Assembly (NCBI GenBank): GCA_963741955.1
Contig: CAVUKB010000010.1
Coordinates: forward strand, 128,001 to 192,000
From: an uncultured Acidobacteriota bacterium
GTDB taxonomy: Bacteria; Acidobacteriota; Thermoanaerobaculia; Gp7-AA8
Length of the DNA: 64,000 bases
Direction: 5' to 3'
A program made the translations under genes and the position numbers. Shown here in pieces: positions 37,805 through 47,122 of this stretch (position 1 is the stretch's first letter; every line of letters begins with the position of its first letter). The notes under the pieces were generated by a model. It had not been told where the DNA came from and ran no database searches. It worked only from the letters and a program-made list of their open reading frames with translations.

Positions 37805-38032
37805 GCGCGGGCTTGTATCATGCCGACCGGCCGGGGGCAAGAATTCGGGTCCCGGGAGTCTGCACGGTAGCAACGTCCGTCGCGAGAAGGTCGAGGAGTG
37901 AAGCCTGATTCGTTCGGAGCCGAGGCGTGGCGGGAAGGACTCGGCGGGAACCAGACGGATCGGGGCCGCTGATCTATTTTCGCAGCAGGACGGTTTCTGC
38001 CGCGTAGACCCGCCTCCCGGGGGAATGCTCCC

Positions 38033-38061
38033 TTGACAGCCGGTGTTCGCAGTGTTACGGT
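38033..38061 (+). promoter_or_regulatory. Sigma-70 promoter of the rplM operon
   Basis: TTGACA-N17-TACGGT with an extended -10 TG. Confidence 0.7.
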
Positions 38062-38189
38062 TTCGAGCCCTTTGATTGGGCGAGGTGTGCAGTAACGTTT
38101 TTTGAAGAAGTGATCGAGACGCTCACCGGGTTCCGCTCACCTCGAACGAACCACCGATGAGTTCCGAAGTTCCACGCACAGGGAGAGTC

Positions 38190-38624
38190 ATGCGCACGTA
38201 TTTCCCGAAACAGGGAGACATCAAGCCACACTGGTACGTGATCGATGCCGAAGGGCTGGTGCTGGGTCGTCTGTCGACGATGGTGGCGAACCTCCTCTCC
38301 GGCAAGGCCAAGCCGACGTACACACCGTTTCTCGACACCGGCGATCACGTGATCATCGTGAATGCCGAGAAAATTCTCCTGACCGGTCGGAAGGAGAACA
38401 AGAAGCTCTACCGTCATCACTCCGGGTATCCGGGCGGACTGAAGGAGCGAGCGGCTCGCTTCGTTCGGGCCGAGAAGCCGGAGACGATGATCGAGACCGC
38501 GGTTCGCGGAATGCTGCCGAAGAGCAAACTCGGTCGCAAGATGATCAAGAAACTGAAGGTTTATCGCGGCCCGCAGCATCCTCACGAGGCGCAGCAGCCG
38601 GAGAAATTCGAGGTTGCGGGTTAA
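38190..38624 (+). CDS. rplM: 50S ribosomal protein L13
   Basis: [34 protein letters not shown]. Confidence 0.98.
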   Translation: MRTYFPKQGDIKPHWYVIDAEGLVLGRLSTMVANLLSGKAKPTYTPFLDTGDHVIIVNAEKILLTGRKENKKLYRHHSGYPGGLKERAARFVRAEKPETMIETAVRGMLPKSKLGRKMIKKLKVYRGPQHPHEAQQPEKFEVAG

Positions 38625-38640
38625 CCGCAGGGAGGCATTC

Positions 38641-39033
38641 TTGGCATTCGTCGAATATTACGGAACCGGTAGAAGAAAGACGTCGACGGCTCGCGTGCGC
38701 TTGCGCCAGGGGACCGGTGACGTCACAGTGAACAAGCGGACGCTGGACAGCTATTTTCCGAATGAAGTGCTGAAGATGATCATCAAGCAGCCGCTCTCGC
38801 TCACCGAGACGGTCGACAAGTTCGACATCTTTGTGACCGTCGACGGCGGCGGACCGAGCGGTCAGGCCGGCGCGATCCGGCACGGCATCTCCCGGGCACT
38901 CGAAGGCTACAATGCCGAGCTCCGGAAACGGCTGAAGAAAGCAGGGCTGCTGACCCGTGATCCGCGTATGAAAGAGCGGAAGAAGTACGGTCAGAAGGGC
39001 GCGCGTGCCCGGTTCCAGTTCTCGAAGCGCTAG
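38641..39033 (+). CDS. rpsI: 30S ribosomal protein S9 (TTG start)
   Basis: [37 protein letters not shown]; GGAGG RBS. Confidence 0.98.
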   Translation: MAFVEYYGTGRRKTSTARVRLRQGTGDVTVNKRTLDSYFPNEVLKMIIKQPLSLTETVDKFDIFVTVDGGGPSGQAGAIRHGISRALEGYNAELRKRLKKAGLLTRDPRMKERKKYGQKGARARFQFSKR

Positions 39034-39085
39034 GCTTCGGGCGGATTCGAATGTCGGGCTTCGCTCATTCTCAGGATTCAACCAC

Positions 39086-39120
39086 GGGGGCACGGCGGTT
39101 GCCGCGCCCCTGATTTTTTT
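39086..39120 (+). terminator. Terminator-like hairpin between rpsI and rpsB
   Basis: ggggc-a-cggc-ggtt-gccg-c-gcccc followed by TGA and T7. Confidence 0.55.
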
Positions 39121-39159
39121 GTCGAACATCTGAAGAAGAATCGAGGAAAGGAGGATCAG

Positions 39160-39954
39160 TTGGCCGTCGTTATTACAATGAAAGAGCTTTTGGAAGCTGG
39201 CGTCCACTTCGGTCACCAGACCAAGCGCTGGAACCCGAAAATGAAGAAGTACATCTTCGGCAAGCGCAATGGCATTTACATCATCGACCTGCAGAAGACG
39301 CTCAAGCTCTTCAAGGAAGCTTCCAATTTCGTCACGGAGCTCGCCTCTCAGGGGAAGCGGGTTCTTTTCGTCGGTACCAAGCGCCAGGCCCAGGACGCGA
39401 TCGTCGAGGAAGCGAATCGCTGCGGAATGTTCTATGTGAACAACCGCTGGCTGGGTGGCACGCTGACGAACTTCGTCACGGTGCGTCGTTCGATCGAGCG
39501 CCTCAAAGAAGTCGAGGCGGTTCTCAACGACACCGAAAAGGAAATGTCCAAGAAGGAGCGGGCCGCGCTCGACCGGGAACGTGACAAGCTGAACCGGAAT
39601 CTCATCGGCATTCGCGAGATGGACGCGATTCCGGACGCGATCTTCGTGATCGATCCGAAGAAGGAGCACATCGCGGTTCAGGAAGCGAAGAAGCTCGGAG
39701 TTCCGGTCGTCGCAATCGTCGATACGAACTGTGATCCCGACCCGATCGACTACGCGATCCCCGGGAACGACGATGCGATCCGCGCGATTCGTCTGTTCAC
39801 ACAGAAGGTCGCCGACTCGGTCCTGGAAGGATACCGTCTGGCTGAAGAAGCGTACATGGCTGCCGAGGACAAGCAGCAGCTGGAAGAAGAAATGCAGGTC
39901 CAGCAGGCGTCCGAGGAATCTACGGAAGCAGCCGCCGCTCCTCCGACTTCCTGA
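39160..39954 (+). CDS. rpsB: 30S ribosomal protein S2
   Basis: [31 protein letters not shown]. Confidence 0.98.
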   Translation: MAVVITMKELLEAGVHFGHQTKRWNPKMKKYIFGKRNGIYIIDLQKTLKLFKEASNFVTELASQGKRVLFVGTKRQAQDAIVEEANRCGMFYVNNRWLGGTLTNFVTVRRSIERLKEVEAVLNDTEKEMSKKERAALDRERDKLNRNLIGIREMDAIPDAIFVIDPKKEHIAVQEAKKLGVPVVAIVDTNCDPDPIDYAIPGNDDAIRAIRLFTQKVADSVLEGYRLAEEAYMAAEDKQQLEEEMQVQQASEESTEAAAAPPTS

Positions 39955-40063
39955 TTCGGCCGAATCCGCCGAAGTTCTGCGAGCCGCGGCACCGTGCCCC
40001 CGGGCATCGATGCCGCGGCCACCGCGCCCATCGATCAATCACAAATTCGTCTGGAGAATCGAA

Positions 40064-40996
40064 ATGGCTCAGATCACAGCAGCCCAGGTGAAGGAGCTTC
40101 GCGAGCTCACCGGAGCAGGCATGATGGACTGCAAAAGCGCTCTCGCGGAGGCCAACGGCAATCTCGAGGAAGCCACCAAGATCCTTCGCAAGAAAGGTCT
40201 CGCTGCAGCTGCCAAGAAGGCGAGCCGGACTGCGACCGAGGGCCAGGTCCTGGCGCACCTGGAGGAGCACGACGCGGTACTCGTCGAAGTGAACTGCGAA
40301 ACCGACTTCGTCGCGCAGACCGACGAGTTCCGTGAGCTCGCCGACGGCATCGCCGCGATCATCGCTTCGACCGGAGTCTCTTCGGTCGAGCAGCTCATGG
40401 AGCAGAAATGGCCCGGCGACGCGGAAGGTCACACCGTGGCTCAGGTGATCTCATCGAGGATCGCCAAAATCGGCGAGAACATCACCGTTCGGCGCTTCGT
40501 CCACTACAAGCGTGCCGAAAATGCGGTGTTCGGATACTACATTCACGCCAACGGGAAGATCGGCGTTCTGGTCGAAGTCAAGACTTCCCCCGGCGGCGCC
40601 CCGACCGAGGCTGCGGAAGCTCTGGCGAAAGAGATCGCCATGCACGCCGCCGCTGCGGAGCCGCGGTTCGTCCGGCGGGACGAGGTCACCGAGAATGACC
40701 TCGCGACCGAGCGCGAGATCGCTCGCGATCAGGCGCTCAAGTCGGGAAAGCCCGAGGCGGTGGTGGAAAAGATCGTTGCTGGAAAGATGGAGAAGTTCTA
40801 CGGTGAGCTCGTTCTTCTCGAGCAGCCTTACGTGCGGGACGACAAGATGACGGTTGCCAATCTCGTCGCCCAGAGAGGCAAAGAGGCGGGTGCGAATTTC
40901 GAAGTGCTTCGCTTCACCCGTTTCAAGCTCGGCGAAGGTCTGCAGAAGCGATCCGATGACTTCGCCGCCGAAGTCATGGCTCAGGTGCAGAGCTGA
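40064..40996 (+). CDS. tsf: Elongation factor Ts
   Basis: VKELRELTGAGMMDCK, NCETDFVA, GENI, DDFAAEV. Confidence 0.98.
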   Translation: MAQITAAQVKELRELTGAGMMDCKSALAEANGNLEEATKILRKKGLAAAAKKASRTATEGQVLAHLEEHDAVLVEVNCETDFVAQTDEFRELADGIAAIIASTGVSSVEQLMEQKWPGDAEGHTVAQVISSRIAKIGENITVRRFVHYKRAENAVFGYYIHANGKIGVLVEVKTSPGGAPTEAAEALAKEIAMHAAAAEPRFVRRDEVTENDLATEREIARDQALKSGKPEAVVEKIVAGKMEKFYGELVLLEQPYVRDDKMTVANLVAQRGKEAGANFEVLRFTRFKLGEGLQKRSDDFAAEVMAQVQS

Positions 40997-41122
40997 CCCG
41001 ATTCCCCCTCGCGTGCTGATGCGGCGTTCGAGGCCGCCTGCCGTTTCTCGAACCTTGGCGCCCGGTTTTCGGACCGGGCGCTGTCGTATGCTGTGGTATA
41101 AATCACGATTCTGGAGCCGTGG

Positions 41123-41878
41123 ATGAGCGAAGATCCCCGCCCGAAGTTCAAACGTATCCTTCTGAAACTCTCGGGCGAAGCCCTCATGGGCGAGCGTGCC
41201 TACGGCATCGAGTCGGAGACTCTCGCCACCATTGCCGATGAACTGGTCAGCATCCAGTCCCTCGGTGTCCAGGTCGCGATCGTCATCGGTGGCGGAAACA
41301 TCTTCCGGGGCGTCACCGGTGCGACCACCGGGATCGACCGGGCGGTCGGGGACCAGATGGGAATGCTGGCGACCGTGATCAACGGTCTCGCGCTCCAGGA
41401 CGCTCTCGAGCGTCGCGGCGTCGCCACCCGCGTCGCAACCGCCATCACCATGCCCGGCGTGGCCGAACCGTTCATTCGCCGCCGCGTCCTCCGGCATCTG
41501 GAAAAGGGACGGGTGGTGATCTGCGCGGCCGGGACGGGAAATCCGTTTTTCACGACCGATTCGGCCGCGGCGTTGCGGGCGGCCGAGCTCAAATGCGACA
41601 TCATTTTCAAAGCCACGAAGGTGGATGGTATCTACACTGCCGATCCGCACAAGGATCCGAACGCGCAGAAAATCCCGCGGATGACGTATCAGCGGGTTCT
41701 TGCCGACCGTCTCAACGTGATGGACGCCTCGGCGATCGACCTCGCCCGGGGCAGCGCGATTCCGATCTGCGTGTTCTCACTCCGTGAACGCGGAAACATT
41801 CGCAGAGCCGTTCTGGGAGATGAAGTCGGCTCGATCGTGACGGATGAACCGGACCCCGTGACGGTGGGAGGAGAGTGA
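41123..41878 (+). CDS. pyrH: UMP kinase
   Basis: LLKLSGEAL, GGGNIFRG, GTGNPFFTTD, VMDASA. Confidence 0.98.
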   Translation: MSEDPRPKFKRILLKLSGEALMGERAYGIESETLATIADELVSIQSLGVQVAIVIGGGNIFRGVTGATTGIDRAVGDQMGMLATVINGLALQDALERRGVATRVATAITMPGVAEPFIRRRVLRHLEKGRVVICAAGTGNPFFTTDSAAALRAAELKCDIIFKATKVDGIYTADPHKDPNAQKIPRMTYQRVLADRLNVMDASAIDLARGSAIPICVFSLRERGNIRRAVLGDEVGSIVTDEPDPVTVGGE

Positions 41879-42438
41879 TGGAAGTCAGGAATCTTTTGAA
41901 GGATCTCGAACGACGGATGCACGGAGCGATCGAAGCGCTCCATGCGGAATTCAGACAGCTGCGGACCGGTCGCGCGTCGACCTCGATGCTGGACGGAGTC
42001 GTGGTGAACTACTACGGAACCGACACGCCGCTGAACCAGGTCGCGTCGTTGAACGTTCCGGAGTCTTCGATGATCGTCGCTCAGCCGTGGGACAAATCGT
42101 TGATTCCGGCCATCGAAAAGGCGATCCGCAACTCCGATCTCGGCTTGAATCCGTCGAGCGACGGAACGGTGGTGCGCATTCCGATCCCCCCTCTGACCGA
42201 GGAGCGGCGACGGGAGCTCACCAAGAAGGCGCATCACATGTCCGAAGAGGCGCGCACCGCGATCCGTCAGGTGCGCCGGGACGGAAATGACAAGCTCAAG
42301 AAGATGGAGAAGGAACACCAGATCTCACAGGATGACGAGAAGCGAGGGATGGAAGAGATCCAGAAGCTGACCGACCGGTTCGTGAAAGAGGTCGACGATC
42401 ATCTGAAGAACAAGGAAGCGGAGATCATGGAGGTCTGA
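41875..42438 (+). CDS. frr: Ribosome recycling factor
   Basis: LRTGRA, YYG, DLGLNP, PPLTEERR, KEAEIM. Confidence 0.98.
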   Translation: MMEVRNLLKDLERRMHGAIEALHAEFRQLRTGRASTSMLDGVVVNYYGTDTPLNQVASLNVPESSMIVAQPWDKSLIPAIEKAIRNSDLGLNPSSDGTVVRIPIPPLTEERRRELTKKAHHMSEEARTAIRQVRRDGNDKLKKMEKEHQISQDDEKRGMEEIQKLTDRFVKEVDDHLKNKEAEIMEV

Positions 42439-42529
42439 CGGATTGTTTTCCTCTCCTCAGTGAGGAGGCGAGGCGTCTTCACGTGCTTCGCCGGTTTCGT
42501 GAGCACCGCCGAGACGCGGGAGTCGAAAC

Positions 42530-43216
42530 ATGAAGTGCGCAGTCGTCATCCCGGCCGCCGGAAGCGGTCTCCGATTCGGGAGCGAGACTCCCAAGCAGTA
42601 CCTCCCTCTGCGGGGACGTCCCCTGATTGCATACGCGGTCGAAAAGTTCCTCGGGCAGGAGTGCGTCGAACAATTGATCATCTGCGCCTCCGACGTTTAT
42701 CACCCGACGCTTCGCGACATGATCCGGGAGTTCTCGTGGCGCGACGTCACCCTGGTCGAAGGTGGGCTGAGCCGGCAGCACTCCGTTCACAACGGAGTCC
42801 GCGCCGCCGCGGAAGAGTGCCAGATGGTCGCGATTCACGATGCGGTACGCCCCTTTTTTGCAGCGGACACGTTCCGTTCGGTGCTCGCAGCAGCAGCGTC
42901 GTGCGGCGCTGCACTTCCGGTACGCTCGATCAACGAAACAGTTCACGAAGTGATCGGCGGGAAGATCGAACAGACCATCGATCGCGACCGTCTTCGAGCT
43001 GCCCAGACACCGCAGTGTTTTCGACGCCGGATCCTTCTGGAGGCTCTCGAGAGAGCGATCCGTGACGGTTTCGTCGGAACAGACGAGGCCTCGCTAGTTG
43101 CCCACTACGGCCACGAAGTTCGTGCAGTCGAAGGGGACTCGATGAACCTGAAGATCACCCGCCCGGAAGATCTCCGTTGCGCTGAGGCGAACTTCGAGCT
43201 CTGGAGCCGGCCGTGA
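42530..43216 (+). CDS. ispD: 2-C-methyl-D-erythritol 4-phosphate cytidylyltransferase
   Basis: PAAGSG.R, PKQY, HDAVRP, QTPQ, TDEAS, NLKIT. Confidence 0.96.
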   Translation: MKCAVVIPAAGSGLRFGSETPKQYLPLRGRPLIAYAVEKFLGQECVEQLIICASDVYHPTLRDMIREFSWRDVTLVEGGLSRQHSVHNGVRAAAEECQMVAIHDAVRPFFAADTFRSVLAAAASCGAALPVRSINETVHEVIGGKIEQTIDRDRLRAAQTPQCFRRRILLEALERAIRDGFVGTDEASLVAHYGHEVRAVEGDSMNLKITRPEDLRCAEANFELWSRP

Positions 43217-43707
43217 TCCGTATAGGTCAGGGAGTGGACGTCCACGGCTTCGATCCATCGCGACCGCTGGTTCTGGGCGGGGTGCGGATCTCCGACGAGG
43301 GGGGACTGGGAGGGCACTCCGATGCCGACGCGGTTCTTCATGCCGTAACGGATGCCTTACTCGGAGCACTCGGCGCGGGTGACATCGGACAGTACTTTCC
43401 CTCCAGCGACGAACAGTGGCGCGGCGCCGACTCGTCCGTCTTCGTGCGTGAAGCGCTTCGGCTGATGGCGGCGGAACACGCGAACATCTCGAATCTCGAC
43501 GTGACGGTGATCGCGGAGCGGCCGCGGCTCGGGGCGCATCGAGACGCCATGACTGCGTCGCTCGCCGCGCTCCTCGAGATCGATCGATCTCGGGTCAACG
43601 TGAAGGCGACCACGACGGATCATCTCGGGTTCATCGGGCGCGCCGAGGGAATCTGTGCGCTCGCAGTCGTATTGATCGAGATCGGCGACACGGACGGGAG
43701 CGCCTGA
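43213..43707 (+). CDS. ispF: 2-C-methyl-D-erythritol 2,4-cyclodiphosphate synthase
   Basis: RIGQGVDVH, GHSDAD, DIG, VKATT. Confidence 0.96.
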   Translation: MIRIGQGVDVHGFDPSRPLVLGGVRISDEGGLGGHSDADAVLHAVTDALLGALGAGDIGQYFPSSDEQWRGADSSVFVREALRLMAAEHANISNLDVTVIAERPRLGAHRDAMTASLAALLEIDRSRVNVKATTTDHLGFIGRAEGICALAVVLIEIGDTDGSA

Positions 43708-43799
43708 GGCACTCGCACCGCAGTACGCCATCCGCGAAACGCGGAGAGAACTCTGAACCACTACACTATCGTTCGACACTTCAAGGGGGAGATCCGCAG

Positions 43800-45323
43800 T
43801 TGTCTGAGAATGTCCGTGTCCGATTCGCCCCATCGCCAACCGGCCATCTGCACGTCGGCGGGGCCCGCACTGCCATATTCAACTGGCTCTTCGCTTCCCA
43901 TCACGGCGGCACCCTGGTCCTCCGAGTCGAAGACACCGACCAGGCGCGGTCGACGGTCGAGTCGGAGCAGATGGTCCTGGACGATCTGCGGTGGCTTGGA
44001 GTGGAGTGGAATGAAGGCCCGGACGTCGGCGGACCGCATCACCCGTACCGCCAGTCGGAGCGGATGCATCTTCACCGCGAATACGCGGAGAAGCTCGTTT
44101 CCGATGGCCTCGCCTACCGCTGTTTCTGCAACGAGGAGGATCTCGAGCGGAAGCGTCGCGAGGCGGAGGCTGCGGGACGGGCGCCGCACTACGACCTCGG
44201 GTGCTTTCGCCTGACGGGCGAAATGGTCGAGGAGCGTCGGAGCGAAGGGCTGCCGCACGTGATCCGCTTTCATGTCCCGAAGGAGCGGGAGGCGAAGTTC
44301 GATGCGGACGTCACGATCCATGACCTCATCCGCGGCGACGTCACCTGGAAGAAGGAGATGCTGGGCGACTTCATCATCCTTCGTTCCGACGGCATGCCGA
44401 CGTACAACTTCTCGGTAGTCTGTGACGACCACGATATGGAGATCACTCACGTGGTTCGTGCCGAGGAGCACCTGACGAACACCCACCGGCAGGTACTGCT
44501 GTACAGAGCATTCGGATGGGCCGTTCCGCAGTTCGCGCACGTCTCTCTCATCCTGGGCGAGGATCGGACGAAGCTCTCCAAGCGGCATGGCGCCACATCC
44601 GTCTCGGCGTACGCGGAGGAGGGTTATCTGCCGGATGCGCTCTTCAATTACCTGACGCTTCTCGGCTGGTCCGCCCCGAACGGAGAGGAGATCTTCACGC
44701 GGGCGTATGCCGCCGAGAACTTCACTCTGGAAAGGGTGAACGACTCTCCCGCCATATTCGATGTTCGCAAGTTCACCTGGATGAACGGGCAGTACATCCA
44801 GGCCATGGCTCCCGCCGAGTTACGAGCCAGACTGATGGGACGCTTCATCGACGCGGGGTGGGTTCGCGGGACCGCCATGCCGGAAGTCGAGCAGTGGCTG
44901 GAGCAGGCGGTGGCGTCGGTTCAGAAAGGACGCTCGACTCTCGACGAGTTCGTCCCGGCGCTCGCGTTTTTCTTCCTTCTCGATCCCGGAAAAGTGATCG
45001 AGGAGACGGACAACAGCGAAGTTCTTGCGGATGAATCGGCGCTCGGGCTGATTCGCGCGATGAAAGAGGATCTCGAGCGCAACGGCGCCCCGAGAGATGC
45101 GGAGGGATATGCCGCAATGACGGAACGGCTGAAGGCGGAGACCGGATTGAAAGGGAAGAAGCTCTTCATGCCGCTCCGGGTCGCGCTGACCGGCTCGACG
45201 CACGGCCCCGAACTGCAGCGAGCGGTACCTCTGATGCAGCTCGGCAGCGAGATCGAAGGCCTCGCTCCGGTCGCCGCACCGGCCGAGCGTGTCGCACGTT
45301 TGCTCGACCATCTCGAACGATGA
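43800..45323 (+). CDS. gltX: Glutamate--tRNA ligase
   Basis: RFAPSPTG.LHVGG, RVEDTD, YRQSER, KLSKRHG, PLRVALTG. Confidence 0.96.
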   Translation: MSENVRVRFAPSPTGHLHVGGARTAIFNWLFASHHGGTLVLRVEDTDQARSTVESEQMVLDDLRWLGVEWNEGPDVGGPHHPYRQSERMHLHREYAEKLVSDGLAYRCFCNEEDLERKRREAEAAGRAPHYDLGCFRLTGEMVEERRSEGLPHVIRFHVPKEREAKFDADVTIHDLIRGDVTWKKEMLGDFIILRSDGMPTYNFSVVCDDHDMEITHVVRAEEHLTNTHRQVLLYRAFGWAVPQFAHVSLILGEDRTKLSKRHGATSVSAYAEEGYLPDALFNYLTLLGWSAPNGEEIFTRAYAAENFTLERVNDSPAIFDVRKFTWMNGQYIQAMAPAELRARLMGRFIDAGWVRGTAMPEVEQWLEQAVASVQKGRSTLDEFVPALAFFFLLDPGKVIEETDNSEVLADESALGLIRAMKEDLERNGAPRDAEGYAAMTERLKAETGLKGKKLFMPLRVALTGSTHGPELQRAVPLMQLGSEIEGLAPVAAPAERVARLLDHLER

Positions 45324-46381
45324 TCTACGATCTTCTGAGGGCGGGGCTGTTCCGGCTCGAAGCCGAGCATGCCCACGAGCTGGTCTCGGCGCAGATGGAG
45401 CGTCTCGGTGAGATCTCGCTCCTTCGTGCAGCGCTCCGAGCGATCTATCGGGTTCCGGATCTCTCCCGCAAGCTCTGGGATCTTCATTTTCGAAATCCCC
45501 TCGGAATCGCGGCCGGCTTCGACAAGAACGCGACGATGGTCCCGTTCCTTCGAAGTCTCGGGTTCGGATTCGTCGAGGTGGGCACGGTGACTCTCGAGCC
45601 ACAGGCGGGAAATCCGCGGCCGCGCCTCTTCCGGATTCCCGACAGCGAGGCGTTGATCAACCGGATGGGATTCAACAACGACGGAGCGCGACTGGTTGTC
45701 GGCCGGCTCGAGGATCTCCGGCGGCGAAGTGCTGCAGCTGAAGAGACGCCGCTGCTGGTGAACATCGGAAAGAATCGGGATGTGCCGATTGCGGGTGCGA
45801 CCCGCTCCTACGCGGCGTGTTACCGTCTCCTCGCGCGGTGGGCGGATGGCGTCGTAGTGAATGTCTCCTCACCGAACACCCCGTCGCTGCGTGACCTTCA
45901 AGCCCCCGAACAACTGAAGGATCTGCTGATCGCCATGAGGAATGAGCGTGAATCGATCGTGTTCGACGGACCCGGTGTGCATCCGATTCTGGTGAAGATC
46001 GCGCCCGATCTGACCGAGCAGCAGGCTGACGAGGCCGCAGATGTCTGCCGCGGGCTTGCAGACGGGATGATCGCGACGAACACGACGATCTCGCGCGAAG
46101 GTTTGGTGCGCGAGGTCGAGCAGTCGGGCGGCCTCTCCGGCAAGCCGCTCTTCGAACGATCGACGGCGATTTTGAGACTTCTTCGAAAGCGAGTCGGGCC
46201 GGAGTATCCGCTGGTTGGGGTGGGAGGGATCTTCAGCGTCGAGGATGCGGCGGAGAAGATCGCGGCAGGCGCGGACCTCGTGCAGGCGTATACCGGTTTC
46301 ATCTACCAGGGCCCCGCGTTCGCATCGAAACTCGTTCGAGGTCTGGCTGGACGAATGGCAGGGAAGGGGGGACCTCGATGA
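45320..46381 (+). CDS. pyrD: Quinone-dependent dihydroorotate dehydrogenase (class 2)
   Basis: AAGFDKN, GNPRPRLFR, NRMGFNN, NVSSPNTP, KIAPD, GGLSG. Confidence 0.96.
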   Translation: MIYDLLRAGLFRLEAEHAHELVSAQMERLGEISLLRAALRAIYRVPDLSRKLWDLHFRNPLGIAAGFDKNATMVPFLRSLGFGFVEVGTVTLEPQAGNPRPRLFRIPDSEALINRMGFNNDGARLVVGRLEDLRRRSAAAEETPLLVNIGKNRDVPIAGATRSYAACYRLLARWADGVVVNVSSPNTPSLRDLQAPEQLKDLLIAMRNERESIVFDGPGVHPILVKIAPDLTEQQADEAADVCRGLADGMIATNTTISREGLVREVEQSGGLSGKPLFERSTAILRLLRKRVGPEYPLVGVGGIFSVEDAAEKIAAGADLVQAYTGFIYQGPAFASKLVRGLAGRMAGKGGPR

Positions 46382-47100
46382 TCATCTACGGGTGGAATCC
46401 GGTACGGGAGGCGATCCGGTCGGATCCGTCGCGAATCCGGTTCGTCGCCGTCGCCCAGGGTGAGGAGCACGGGAAGCGCGCTCGTCTCGTTGCCGAACTG
46501 AAGGACGCGGGTGTCCCGGTGCGGTATCTGCCGAAGGCTCGACTCGACCGGCTCGCGGAGGGAGGCGTCCACAACGGTGTCGTGGCAGAGGTCGCATCCG
46601 TCGGCTACGCGGATTTCGAGGAGAAGGTGCGGGAAGAGGGACTCCGCTTCGTGCTGCTGCTCGATCAGATTCAGGATCCACAGAATGTCGGGGCGATTCT
46701 CAGGGTCGCCGACGCGATGGGAGTGGACCTGGTGGCGATGACCGAGCACGACAGCGCGGGGCTGACACCGGTCGTGGTGAAGGCTTCTGCCGGAGCGGCG
46801 GAGTGGGTCCCGGTGGCCCAGGTGACGAACCTCTCCCGAGCCATCGAGAGCCTGAAGGAATCGGGATTCTGGGTGTACGGTGCGGACGGGTCGGGGGACG
46901 AGCTCAGTGGGATTGATCTCCGCGGGAAGGTCGCTCTGGTGCTGGGAAGCGAAGGAGGAGGGATCCGGAAGAATGTGCGGGCGCATTGCGACCGGCTGGT
47001 GCGGATCCCGATGCGGGGGAAAGTGGAGTCTTTGAATGTCGCGACGGCGGCGGCGGTTCTGGCATACGAGGTCGACCGGCAGAACCGGGAAGAATCCTGA
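46378..47100 (+). CDS. rlmB: 23S rRNA 2'-O-methyltransferase RlmB (TrmH/SpoU family)
   Basis: HNGV, DPQNVGAILR, KASAGA, GSEGGG, IPMRGKVESLNV. Confidence 0.93.
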   Translation: MIIYGWNPVREAIRSDPSRIRFVAVAQGEEHGKRARLVAELKDAGVPVRYLPKARLDRLAEGGVHNGVVAEVASVGYADFEEKVREEGLRFVLLLDQIQDPQNVGAILRVADAMGVDLVAMTEHDSAGLTPVVVKASAGAAEWVPVAQVTNLSRAIESLKESGFWVYGADGSGDELSGIDLRGKVALVLGSEGGGIRKNVRAHCDRLVRIPMRGKVESLNVATAAAVLAYEVDRQNREES

Positions 47101-47122
47101 TGGGAAACGCGATTTCGTGGGC

